This document shows positions 49,148 through 64,000 of a stretch of DNA of 64,000 nucleotides, piece after piece. Under the pieces are notes generated by a model. That model saw nothing but the letters and a program-made list of their open reading frames with translations. It did no database searches and was not told the DNA's origin. The position numbers were made by a program, and so were the translations under genes. The stretch is from IMG/VR virus record IMGVR_UViG_3300027754_005401. One strand, 5' to 3'. How positions within the stretch are numbered: the stretch's first letter is position 1; each line of letters opens with the position of its first letter. This DNA is from an uncultured virus (IMG/VR IMGVR_UViG_3300027754_005401). Taxonomy: Duplodnaviria; Heunggongvirae; Uroviricota; Caudoviricetes.

Positions 49148-51328
49148 TTAAACAACTAGATTGTTATTATTGTTGTTATTGTTGTTATTATTGTTATTTT
49201 CATCAGAAACTGGATTAATTGCTGCTATTGATACAACTTTGGCATCGTCACTACAAGAACCAAATATTCTATCTGAAATTCTTAATTTTCCATCTTTGTA
49301 AACAATTACAGGAGCAATACAGAAAGTATCTTCTTTTGTAGATTTAGTTTTACAATCTCCAAGTCCTGCAAGTAAGTAAATCCTTTTCTTTGATGCATTG
49401 AAAAAATATTCATTTACACGATAATCATAATTGTCAGTTATGGATACTCTATCTTTTGTAACTAAACTTAATTTATCTGCTGGATTATTTTTAGAATTAC
49501 CTACAATTTCATAAGTGCTATCATAACTGTATTGTAAATAATTTCCTCCAGCCCTTAAATAAACATAACCTCTTCCAATAGGCCTTTCTTGCATTTCTAA
49601 AACATGAGAACCACGCTCCTTGTTATCTTTTTGTGGTGCAGTTAACCTTAAAAATTGACTAGCTGTTTTTTCTTGATCGTTTCTGTCGCTCATGTAAAGT
49701 TCAAGGCCATAACCACTTCTTAATTGAATATAAGCATTTGTTGCATTGCTCACAGGAAAATTATTCTCAGTCCTACATTCCATACTTTTTTGGAAAACGC
49801 CTTCATCAATCATTTTAAATACATGATTACTAGTAGAATTCATGGTTATTCCACGATTTGAACCACCAGTGCCAGGACATTCAGATAAAGTTTCATCGCA
49901 TAAAAATATTTCATTGTTTAATGCAGATTTTATCCTTATTCCGTTATCAGCAGATCTTACTTTAGATGGTTGTTCATAATCAATCATTGAAATTGAATGA
50001 CCTGTACAACTCTTCCAATATGTTCTTCCTAAATACTTATCATTACATCCAAAATCAAAAGATTCTAAAGACCTTTGCCATTCAGGTGTTCCTCTAGGTT
50101 CTTCAACGCTATCATCCATAACAAAAGTATGACCAGATATAGAAAGAAGTTGTATTCCTGTTTGGGGAAGATCACATTTGTTATTCTGAGGTGTCTGTGG
50201 TCCTTTTATTGGCCTACATTCATTTGCTGATTTAAAAAAAGGATTTGTTCCTTTTTGAGTATTTGCGTAAATAGTTCCTTCTGGAGTATCGGGATGACCA
50301 CCAATTACATTTTCAGACTGCTTGCCACAACTTACTGGATTAGGGAAACCTTCTGGAGTTTCTTTTGAAAATGGTAAACCAGGTTCTATAATATCAGTTA
50401 TATAATCAAATCCTTTTGGTTCTTGGAAAGCAGTATCACTTTGTGGCGTTAAAGCAGTAACATCTTCATTGATATTTGGTTCTTTCGCATCAACATAACA
50501 ATTTGTACTACCATCTCTGGTTCCATCTCCACATTGAGGATGTGCCCATTGACCAGCGTAGTGTAAATGATCATCTTTAAAAATCATCCAATTACCACAC
50601 CCAGATAAAAGCTCCATCCTTTTCCACTTCCTATTGCATTTACCATCACCATCAACCATTTTAAGCATGTGTTTTTCAGGAGTTTTAAAACCATAAATAT
50701 TTGGAAAAGTAGCTCTTTTTAATGCATCTAAATTATTATCTATATCTGTAATTGATGTAATGTCATATCCATTATAACTTTCAGTATTCCAAGGAGGTAA
50801 AACTTGCGAGCCATTGTTAGGGCCAACTAAATAATTATTTCTTTTTCTTTCATATAAAACATCGTATTCTTCAACTGGTATACCCCAAGCATGGCTTCCA
50901 TCAGCACCTCTATCTCTTGTCCATGTTGTTCCAATATAATAAGCAGATTCTTTATTTCCATGCTCAAAAACTAAACAAACTGTTGATCCTGCTGGAGGAA
51001 CCCATGATGATCCAGAATCATCAAATCCTCCAAATGTACTAATTGGAAATGCCCATGGTAAAGCAGTTACTTCTATCGATTGATTATTTGCATTTCTTGG
51101 ATTAACTAAAACTGGATTAAAATATCTTACTCTATTTTGCTTATAAATATCAAATGTATCTATTACAAGAGCAGTGTACATCCCAGTTATTTGCGTGTCT
51201 TGTTTTACAGTATTAGAAGATTTGTTTAAGAATGTTTGAGGTATTTTGTTTACAGCTAAGCTTAATTCATTAATGTATTTTTCTAAAACTTTTAATTTGC
51301 TATCTAGACTATTAATTTTATTGATCAT
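49148..51328 (-). CDS. Baseplate hub/spike protein, gp5/VgrG-like, no lysozyme domain recognised
   Basis: OB-fold LPWAFP...VPPAGSTVCLVFEHG...YIG; repeated SGH.F.MDD-like beta-helix units; poly-Asn C-terminus. Confidence 0.8.
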   Translation of the reverse strand: MINKINSLDSKLKVLEKYINELSLAVNKIPQTFLNKSSNTVKQDTQITGMYTALVIDTFDIYKQNRVRYFNPVLVNPRNANNQSIEVTALPWAFPISTFGGFDDSGSSWVPPAGSTVCLVFEHGNKESAYYIGTTWTRDRGADGSHAWGIPVEEYDVLYERKRNNYLVGPNNGSQVLPPWNTESYNGYDITSITDIDNNLDALKRATFPNIYGFKTPEKHMLKMVDGDGKCNRKWKRMELLSGCGNWMIFKDDHLHYAGQWAHPQCGDGTRDGSTNCYVDAKEPNINEDVTALTPQSDTAFQEPKGFDYITDIIEPGLPFSKETPEGFPNPVSCGKQSENVIGGHPDTPEGTIYANTQKGTNPFFKSANECRPIKGPQTPQNNKCDLPQTGIQLLSISGHTFVMDDSVEEPRGTPEWQRSLESFDFGCNDKYLGRTYWKSCTGHSISMIDYEQPSKVRSADNGIRIKSALNNEIFLCDETLSECPGTGGSNRGITMNSTSNHVFKMIDEGVFQKSMECRTENNFPVSNATNAYIQLRSGYGLELYMSDRNDQEKTASQFLRLTAPQKDNKERGSHVLEMQERPIGRGYVYLRAGGNYLQYSYDSTYEIVGNSKNNPADKLSLVTKDRVSITDNYDYRVNEYFFNASKKRIYLLAGLGDCKTKSTKEDTFCIAPVIVYKDGKLRISDRIFGSCSDDAKVVSIAAINPVSDENNNNNNNNNNNNNLVV

Positions 51329-51344
51329 TTAAAATACCTTGCTA

Positions 51345-53042
51345 TCAAAACTTCATAATGTTTATGCTGTATAATTCTAATGTAGTAGTGTAAGATCCAG
51401 AATTAATTGTAGACCTGCAAGATTTTACTTGATAAACTTGAGATAATTCTTTATTACAAGCACTTTTAGCTAAAGATTCACATGCACCATTTTCATTTGT
51501 TGTTACTTTTACACAATATGGATCAATGAAAATAATTTTTATATATGGAGTCTTAAGCCAATTAACAGTATTGGCCCAGTAAGGGTCACCATGAATCTCA
51601 AGATCTGCTTTAATTGGCCCAACGATTGGTAAATTGTCTAAATCAACACCAGCTATTAAGTTTGCTTGTAATGTTTCAATTTTTATTGCAGCAATTCTAG
51701 AAGGAGGCGTATCATTCATTGTAGCTGGCGTTGGTGAAATATTTACACCTGGCCCATTGCTATAAGTACTTGTAACTGTTGGCTCTCCTGATTGACCAGT
51801 TTTTAAATTTTTTAACCTTGAACAAGAAGGAATTTGAACAACACCTTGCCCAGTTCCAGATGGGCCTCCACCACCAGTTCCTGCTTTTAATTTTGGAGAT
51901 TCATTATTTTCTGGATTAACTCTAGCTAATGGAGTGGCTTGAAATTGAGTGTTAAATTTTATTACTGGACTACAATCACCACCACCAACAATGTAAGTTG
52001 GTATATTATCATAGTTAGTTTCTCCTTTCTCACCTAAACACCAATTTGGTTTCCTGTCTTCTATCATTAAAATTGATGGCTTACCTTTAGAACCATTATC
52101 ATAAGCAAAATTAAATCCTTTTTTGCTATTTGTTTGAAATCCATTTAAAAGTTCTCTGTAATATTGAAAAAGAGACAATCTGTTTGGATTAAAAACATTA
52201 AAAACTCCATTTTTCCCCCCTTGATCAGGCATGAATTCCCATTCCGTAATCTTTTGGTTAGGTTTTGTTGGAATTGTAACGAAAGCTACAGTTGTTAGAC
52301 CATCTTCTTTTTTATTTTCACAATTAAATTTTGCAAATTTGTCTATTGCACCTTTTAATGCACCTTTTAATTTTTCGCTAAAAACAATGTTATCTAATCT
52401 AGATTCTTCAGTTTTTCCAAATCCATCAGTGAATTTAATAGAAACTTTATATACTCCAGCGTCTGATGAAACATTAACTGATTGCATTAGACCATAAATA
52501 TATGGCCCAGATGTAGTTTCCTTACCGTCACTAATAATTTTGTAACTATTATTATTGTTACTAGTAGCTTTCTGCATTCCGTACTTATCTACAGAATCAT
52601 TACATCCTCTTATAATCCAACCAATATCAATATAAGCTTTAGCTAATGAGGCATCTCCAGACTCATTTCCCATAATAAATTTATCCCACTTACAACCTTC
52701 TTTAGGCACAATAGAAATTAATTTTTTAACATCATCAAAATCACAAGTAACAAGAGTTATATTTCCTTCAAAACTTGTACCAATAGTCATTTCAAAACTT
52801 TGAATATATGAGTTGTTAAATTTATATTCATTGTTACCAGCTGTTGTAACATTTTGACCAAGTGGATCTGCTGTTGAATATGCTTTATCTCCCAAAACAA
52901 ATAGAACATAAGGAACATAAACACTGTTATCTTTTTTAGTAAAAGGTTCTTTTATTCCACCGCCATTTGTTATGTAATTGAATCCGCTACCGCTTGCACA
53001 GGCGTTTAAAACTTCAAAATTATTTTTGTTGTTACAAGGCAT
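51345..53042 (-). CDS. Baseplate hub protein (gp27/gpD-like)
   Basis: Between gp53 and gp5-like genes; IDIGW, ADLEIHGDP, C-terminal Y.V.S...I.SGSYTTTLEL. Confidence 0.65.
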   Translation of the reverse strand: MPCNNKNNFEVLNACASGSGFNYITNGGGIKEPFTKKDNSVYVPYVLFVLGDKAYSTADPLGQNVTTAGNNEYKFNNSYIQSFEMTIGTSFEGNITLVTCDFDDVKKLISIVPKEGCKWDKFIMGNESGDASLAKAYIDIGWIIRGCNDSVDKYGMQKATSNNNNSYKIISDGKETTSGPYIYGLMQSVNVSSDAGVYKVSIKFTDGFGKTEESRLDNIVFSEKLKGALKGAIDKFAKFNCENKKEDGLTTVAFVTIPTKPNQKITEWEFMPDQGGKNGVFNVFNPNRLSLFQYYRELLNGFQTNSKKGFNFAYDNGSKGKPSILMIEDRKPNWCLGEKGETNYDNIPTYIVGGGDCSPVIKFNTQFQATPLARVNPENNESPKLKAGTGGGGPSGTGQGVVQIPSCSRLKNLKTGQSGEPTVTSTYSNGPGVNISPTPATMNDTPPSRIAAIKIETLQANLIAGVDLDNLPIVGPIKADLEIHGDPYWANTVNWLKTPYIKIIFIDPYCVKVTTNENGACESLAKSACNKELSQVYQVKSCRSTINSGSYTTTLELYSINIMKF

Positions 53043-53043
53043 T

Positions 53044-53364
53044 TTATATAGTTCTAGGAACCCTTAAAGTAAGACCTGATTTAAATTCGTAAATATCTTT
53101 AATTCCATTAAATTCCATTATGTACCACCAATAATCAACCGTTCCATAAGCTGCGTAAGAAACTAAATCAGGCCTGTATTCAGTAGAAGAATTTATTAAT
53201 ACAAATTTGTCATTTGAACTTGCTGGTATTGGTTTTCTTTTGTATGTTGAAAAAGTTAATTTATTATTATCACCATAATATAAAACTTTTGAATTTATAT
53301 ATCTACTTGAAAAATCAACAAACCTTTTTGTTGTAATGTCAGGATAAGAAATTTGATTTGCCAA
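53044..53364 (-). CDS. Baseplate wedge gp53/LysM-like protein
   Basis: RPDLVSYAAYGTVDYWWYIMEFNGI.D......G..LRVP. Confidence 0.85.
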   Translation of the reverse strand: MANQISYPDITTKRFVDFSSRYINSKVLYYGDNNKLTFSTYKRKPIPASSNDKFVLINSSTEYRPDLVSYAAYGTVDYWWYIMEFNGIKDIYEFKSGLTLRVPRTI

Positions 53365-53365
53365 T

Positions 53366-53887
53366 TTATCCTCCTGTTTCTAATATGTTCTTAGAACCTG
53401 GTAAATTAAAAGTTGCATAAACTACTTCAAATGATAATTCAACATCAAATTTCATTGGTAAAAAAGTCGCTTCATCCCACATAACATCAACTGGAAATTT
53501 AACATTGTAACTTTTTAAAACTGCACATAAAGGATTATCTCCAAGGAGATATCCACATTTTATGGTTACTAATGGAGGTGGAACCATCACGGTACTAGTA
53601 CCTGAATCAGGGTAAACTAAGCTTTCTAAAAATCTTAAATCATACAAATTGTACTGAGATTCTTCTTCGCTCTCAGCAAAAAAGTGAACACTCCAACTTA
53701 TTGACCTTGTGTCACCATGAGAAAAAACTTTTAATGGTGCAGACCTACCGATGCCACTTTCGTCTGAATAATTAGCTTGTTTTTGATCACTAATATCAGG
53801 TAAAATTTTCATTTCTAAAGTTGTTTTACCTGATTTAATGTAGCAGTCTGTTAATCTTCTTAATTTACCGTTTACTGTTGCTTTCAA
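53366..53887 (-). CDS. Tail tube initiator / tube-like protein
   Basis: ISDQKQANY....IGRSAP...F....RSISW, LVYP, PPLV, V.LSFEV pattern of contractile-tail tube-fold proteins. Confidence 0.7.
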   Translation of the reverse strand: MKATVNGKLRRLTDCYIKSGKTTLEMKILPDISDQKQANYSDESGIGRSAPLKVFSHGDTRSISWSVHFFAESEEESQYNLYDLRFLESLVYPDSGTSTVMVPPPLVTIKCGYLLGDNPLCAVLKSYNVKFPVDVMWDEATFLPMKFDVELSFEVVYATFNLPGSKNILETGG

Positions 53888-53916
53888 TTTATTTCCTTTT
53901 ATTATTATTATATAGT

Positions 53917-54639
53917 ATGGAATTTACACAAACTAAATTAAAATTTATAGTTACTGGTACTGGTAGATGCGGAACATTGTATTTATCAAAATTATTATCT
54001 TTTTGTAATACTTTTTGTGGTCATGAAACTATTTTTGATTATTCTTCATGGAACACAATTCTTCAGAGATTGTTTAATGATAAAAAACTAATTTTAAGTA
54101 AAATAGCAAAAGATACCTATGGAGATTACTTAGAAGATAAAAACATCGAAGCTGATTCTAGTTATATGGCAATGCCATACATACACCTTAATATATTCAA
54201 TAGTTGTAATTTTATTCATGTAATAAGACATCCAGAAAATGTTATTAATTCGTTTTGTCATTATTTAAATTATTTTTACGATGAATCTTTTTTTTCTTTA
54301 AAAGAATATGATAAAAAATATTTAAATTTTATTTATAAAAATGTACCAGATATTAAAAAATATAAAAATCCTTATGATAGAGCAGCATATTTTTATCTCT
54401 ATTGGAATAATCAAATAGAAGAAAAATTAAAAAATAAAAATAAAATATTAATTAAAATTGAAGAAATTAAAAATAATAAATTATTAGAAGATTTTGTTGG
54501 AATTAAAGTACCTGATGATTTTGAAAAAATATCAACAAATAAAATTGAATATAAAAGATTTAAATTAAAAAATATAAAAAATATAAAAATAAGAAATGAT
54601 ATATTTAATTTTTGTGAAAAACATGAATATAATTATTAA
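53917..54639 (+). CDS. Sulfotransferase-like P-loop protein
   Basis: FIVTGTGRCGT.YLS.LL, GHE, IHVIRHPE.VINS; start revised to MEFTQ. Confidence 0.7.
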   Translation: MEFTQTKLKFIVTGTGRCGTLYLSKLLSFCNTFCGHETIFDYSSWNTILQRLFNDKKLILSKIAKDTYGDYLEDKNIEADSSYMAMPYIHLNIFNSCNFIHVIRHPENVINSFCHYLNYFYDESFFSLKEYDKKYLNFIYKNVPDIKKYKNPYDRAAYFYLYWNNQIEEKLKNKNKILIKIEEIKNNKLLEDFVGIKVPDDFEKISTNKIEYKRFKLKNIKNIKIRNDIFNFCEKHEYNY

Positions 54640-54923
54640 TGAGAATAAACAACAAGAAAAACTTTAAGAAATATATTAAATCTTGTTTTTTTTGCAATGA
54701 AAGTAACTTGAACTTACTTGATGTTCATAGAATTTATGAAGGTCATAAAGGAGGTGGATACTACCACGAAAATGTTTTAGTTATTTGTGCAAATTGCCAC
54801 AGAAAAGTTCATGCAAGTGAAATTTATAATATTAAAAAATATAAATCTTATGGTGGTATTAGCTTGTTTCAAGTAATGTATTTTATTGAAGATAAAGAAT
54901 ATTTTAAGCCTTGTGATTATTAA
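54639..54923 (+). CDS. HNH endonuclease
   Basis: CFFC...LDVHRI...GGGY...NVLVICANCHRKVH. Confidence 0.88.
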   Translation: MRINNKKNFKKYIKSCFFCNESNLNLLDVHRIYEGHKGGGYYHENVLVICANCHRKVHASEIYNIKKYKSYGGISLFQVMYFIEDKEYFKPCDY

Positions 54924-55528
54924 TCGCTTAATTTAAATGGAGCTTTTTTTCCTGCATTATTAAATTTTTCATTATCTGGTTTATCTTTTCTACCTTTTAT
55001 ATGTTTTATGCTAAATGGCTTATCATCCATAGCATCGTTATGCTTTTCATTGTCTGGCTTATCTTTTCTACCTTTTATATGTTTTATGCTAAATGGATGC
55101 CCATCCATAGCATCGTTATGTCTTTCATTGTTTTTTTTATGTTGCGTTGGTTTTAAATGACTTATATTAAAAAGACCACCATCTCCAGAAGCATTATGTT
55201 TCCAATTATCAGTTGGTTTGCCATTGCCTTTTATGTGAGTTATTTTAAAAGGTGATTTTTCCCCAGCCTTATTGTGTATTTCATTATTATTGTTTGGTTG
55301 CTTTGGCTTTAAATGATTAATTTTAAAAGGATTTTTTTCGCCAATATTATTCCATAAACGATCATCTTTACTTATGTATAAAATTGCATCAGCAGAAGCT
55401 GGAATAAAATAAGCTGGTGGCAGTAAACATAATCCACCATATCCACATGGATACAGAAGTGTCTTTCCAGCAGTTGCACCTTCTACTATTTTATTTTCTT
55501 CTTGTATTAGCCATTTTTTAAATGTCAT
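54920..55528 (-). CDS. Basic repeat protein, putative internal head protein
   Basis: MTFKKWLIQEE N-terminus; about six 26-aa repeats HN.......PF.I.H(L/I)K. Confidence 0.65.
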   Translation of the reverse strand: MTFKKWLIQEENKIVEGATAGKTLLYPCGYGGLCLLPPAYFIPASADAILYISKDDRLWNNIGEKNPFKINHLKPKQPNNNNEIHNKAGEKSPFKITHIKGNGKPTDNWKHNASGDGGLFNISHLKPTQHKKNNERHNDAMDGHPFSIKHIKGRKDKPDNEKHNDAMDDKPFSIKHIKGRKDKPDNEKFNNAGKKAPFKLSD

Positions 55529-55562
55529 GATGTATATATTGTTATTTTATATATTCTTACTG

Positions 55563-62420
<6,858 letters not shown>

Positions 62421-62444
62421 TAATTAGCCTTAAACATTATTATT

Positions 62445-62930
62445 TTATAATCTAGTTATTTGATCAGCGTTTATATTTGTATTGTTATTTATTTGATTAC
62501 TAACATCATTTCTAATAATACTTGCTTCTTTTGGTGTTAAAACTCTTGCAATTCCAATAATGTTTAAAAAAGCATCACAATCAAATATTTTAACGCTTCG
62601 CATTCCAACTTTTTTATATTTCCTATAAGCTTTTATTATATATCCACTTCCTTTTACTAAATTGTATCCAAAGTTAGGATTTCCACAGGCATTGAATTTT
62701 TTGCCAAGAAGTTCTTTTATTGTATAAAATGTTAATGCGTGTATGTTTAAGCCAGAAATATATTTAGTAGTAAGCTTAGTTACTATTATGGTAGGATATG
62801 GGTCATGTTTAAAGAAGTCATATTTGAATGCAATTATAGAACCTTTTCCTAATGTTTTAGGCCCTAGTCTTTTAGTTGATTTACCAAAATCTTTTGGTAA
62901 ATCTTTTGAATAGAAAGGATCTTCAGCCAT
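62445..62930 (-). CDS. DNA end protector protein, T4 gp2-like
   Basis: FKY...HDPYP.II......GLNIHAL...AYRKYK pattern; start revised to MAEDPFY. Confidence 0.6.
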   Translation of the reverse strand: MAEDPFYSKDLPKDFGKSTKRLGPKTLGKGSIIAFKYDFFKHDPYPTIIVTKLTTKYISGLNIHALTFYTIKELLGKKFNACGNPNFGYNLVKGSGYIIKAYRKYKKVGMRSVKIFDCDAFLNIIGIARVLTPKEASIIRNDVSNQINNNTNINADQITRL

Positions 62931-62931
62931 A

Positions 62932-63441
62932 TTAAAGACCAAATCCATTTTTGGAGTAAACTTGGTTTGAATAATCAGTACCAGTATTTCTAACAACGAT
63001 TGAGCCAGCTTTATCACCAGCAGATTGACCATCAATAATTTTTCCCATTAATTCATCTTCTGCAAATTTAGAGTGTTTGAAAAACTTTCTAATTTCCAAT
63101 GCAACTTCTTTAACTAATGTTTCAGTAGCTTCTTTTTTTTCAGCTTCGACATTACATATTTGATTGAATAAATCATTAATATCTAAAGCTCTAGCTAATC
63201 CATATGGTAAAGTTTCTTTTGTTTTGCAAACTTGAAATGACATAGTTTGACCATTTTCAAATATTCTAATTCCTTCAAAATCTAAATTATTCAAAGGATT
63301 AAAACAAAATATATATGGCTTTGATTCACCTAGAAAAGAATCTACTCTTAATCCATCTTTTTCAAGAATCTTTTTTACTAGATTAAGTCTTTCTTCTGTT
63401 TCTTTATGTTGTGCAAAGGCAAATTCTAAAAAAGTTTTCAT
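62932..63441 (-). CDS. Hypothetical protein with capsid-targeting-like N-terminus
   Basis: MKTFLEF N-terminus. Confidence 0.6.
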   Translation of the reverse strand: MKTFLEFAFAQHKETEERLNLVKKILEKDGLRVDSFLGESKPYIFCFNPLNNLDFEGIRIFENGQTMSFQVCKTKETLPYGLARALDINDLFNQICNVEAEKKEATETLVKEVALEIRKFFKHSKFAEDELMGKIIDGQSAGDKAGSIVVRNTGTDYSNQVYSKNGFGL

Positions 63442-63444
63442 AGT

Positions 63445-64000
63445 TTAGCAATTTCTAAGCAACATTTCAGGTGCAGAAGGAATGCATCTTTGCAAAACTT
63501 TCAAATCACTTGGGTTGCCATTATAAGGTATAGATTTAATGTTAATACCAGTAAAAGAATAAGCAGCTTCTTTTACAATTTCTTCACTGGCAATTAAAAA
63601 TAGAACGCCATCTCTTCTTGCCATAAATTCTATATTTTGCTTAATAGGTTTTCCTGATTCATCAAGTTCACCAGTATCTTTTTGATATAATATTTTAACA
63701 TCAGAAGCAGTAATAATATTATTATCTTTATCAATAATCGCTTCTGAGTTTTCATTTTCATAAAACTGAACAATTATCTTGCCTTTGTTATATGCAGATT
63801 TCAATGCTGTAGAAAGATCTAATCCCAGCATGAATATAGTTCCATCTTCATTAACAACATTTACTAAAAAAGACCTTTTTTTAAAGAAGCTAGAAATGCT
63901 ATCAATTATAATTCTTTTTCTTAGAATATCTTTTTCTTCAGGTGCTCCATTTTCTAATCTTTCTATTTCTGAATCAGATAGATATTTTTCTGGTTCATCA
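63445..64000 (-). CDS. Partial hypothetical protein beginning beyond the window edge
   Basis: Frame of 63445..63831 stays open to the edge: ...DEPEKYLSDSEIERLENGAPEEKDILRKRIIIDSISSFFKKRSFLVNVVNEDGTIFMLG... Confidence 0.7.
   Translation of the reverse strand, partial: DEPEKYLSDSEIERLENGAPEEKDILRKRIIIDSISSFFKKRSFLVNVVNEDGTIFMLGLDLSTALKSAYNKGKIIVQFYENENSEAIIDKDNNIITASDVKILYQKDTGELDESGKPIKQNIEFMARRDGVLFLIASEEIVKEAAYSFTGINIKSIPYNGNPSDLKVLQRCIPSAPEMLLRNC

Overview
AT-rich segment of a large T4-like (myovirus) bacteriophage genome in the standard genetic code. It covers most of the morphogenesis region on the minus strand. Head module: major capsid protein, scaffold, prohead protease, a large prohead-core-like protein, an intein-containing portal and the large terminase. 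Tail module: gp2-like end protector, 2285-aa tape measure, tube-initiator-like, gp53, hub, gp5-like spike, gp25, gp6 and gp7-like proteins, plus three paralogous PKD proteins, one carrying about 900 aa of 11-12-aa repeats. Accessory genes are interleaved: primase, a PD-(D/E)XK nuclease, an actin-fold ATPase resembling haloarchaeal volactin, an acyl carrier protein, a GNAT-like protein, a ferritin-like protein, an M4/M36 metalloprotease, a flavin amine oxidase, a poly-acidic protein, two sulfotransferases and several glycosyltransferase-like proteins. The most unusual signals are (i) four tandem genes with a shared MGA(S/T)S..G.G.G N-terminal tag on different C-terminal domains, flanked by an ACP and a GNAT gene; (ii) a phage actin operon; (iii) candidate glycosylation/sulfation enzymes alongside Thr-rich mucin-like proteins; and (iv) candidate head-packaged proteins with T4-type capsid-targeting N-termini. 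All family assignments are motif recognition by eye; no database search was run. No tRNA, rRNA or CRISPR array was recognised.
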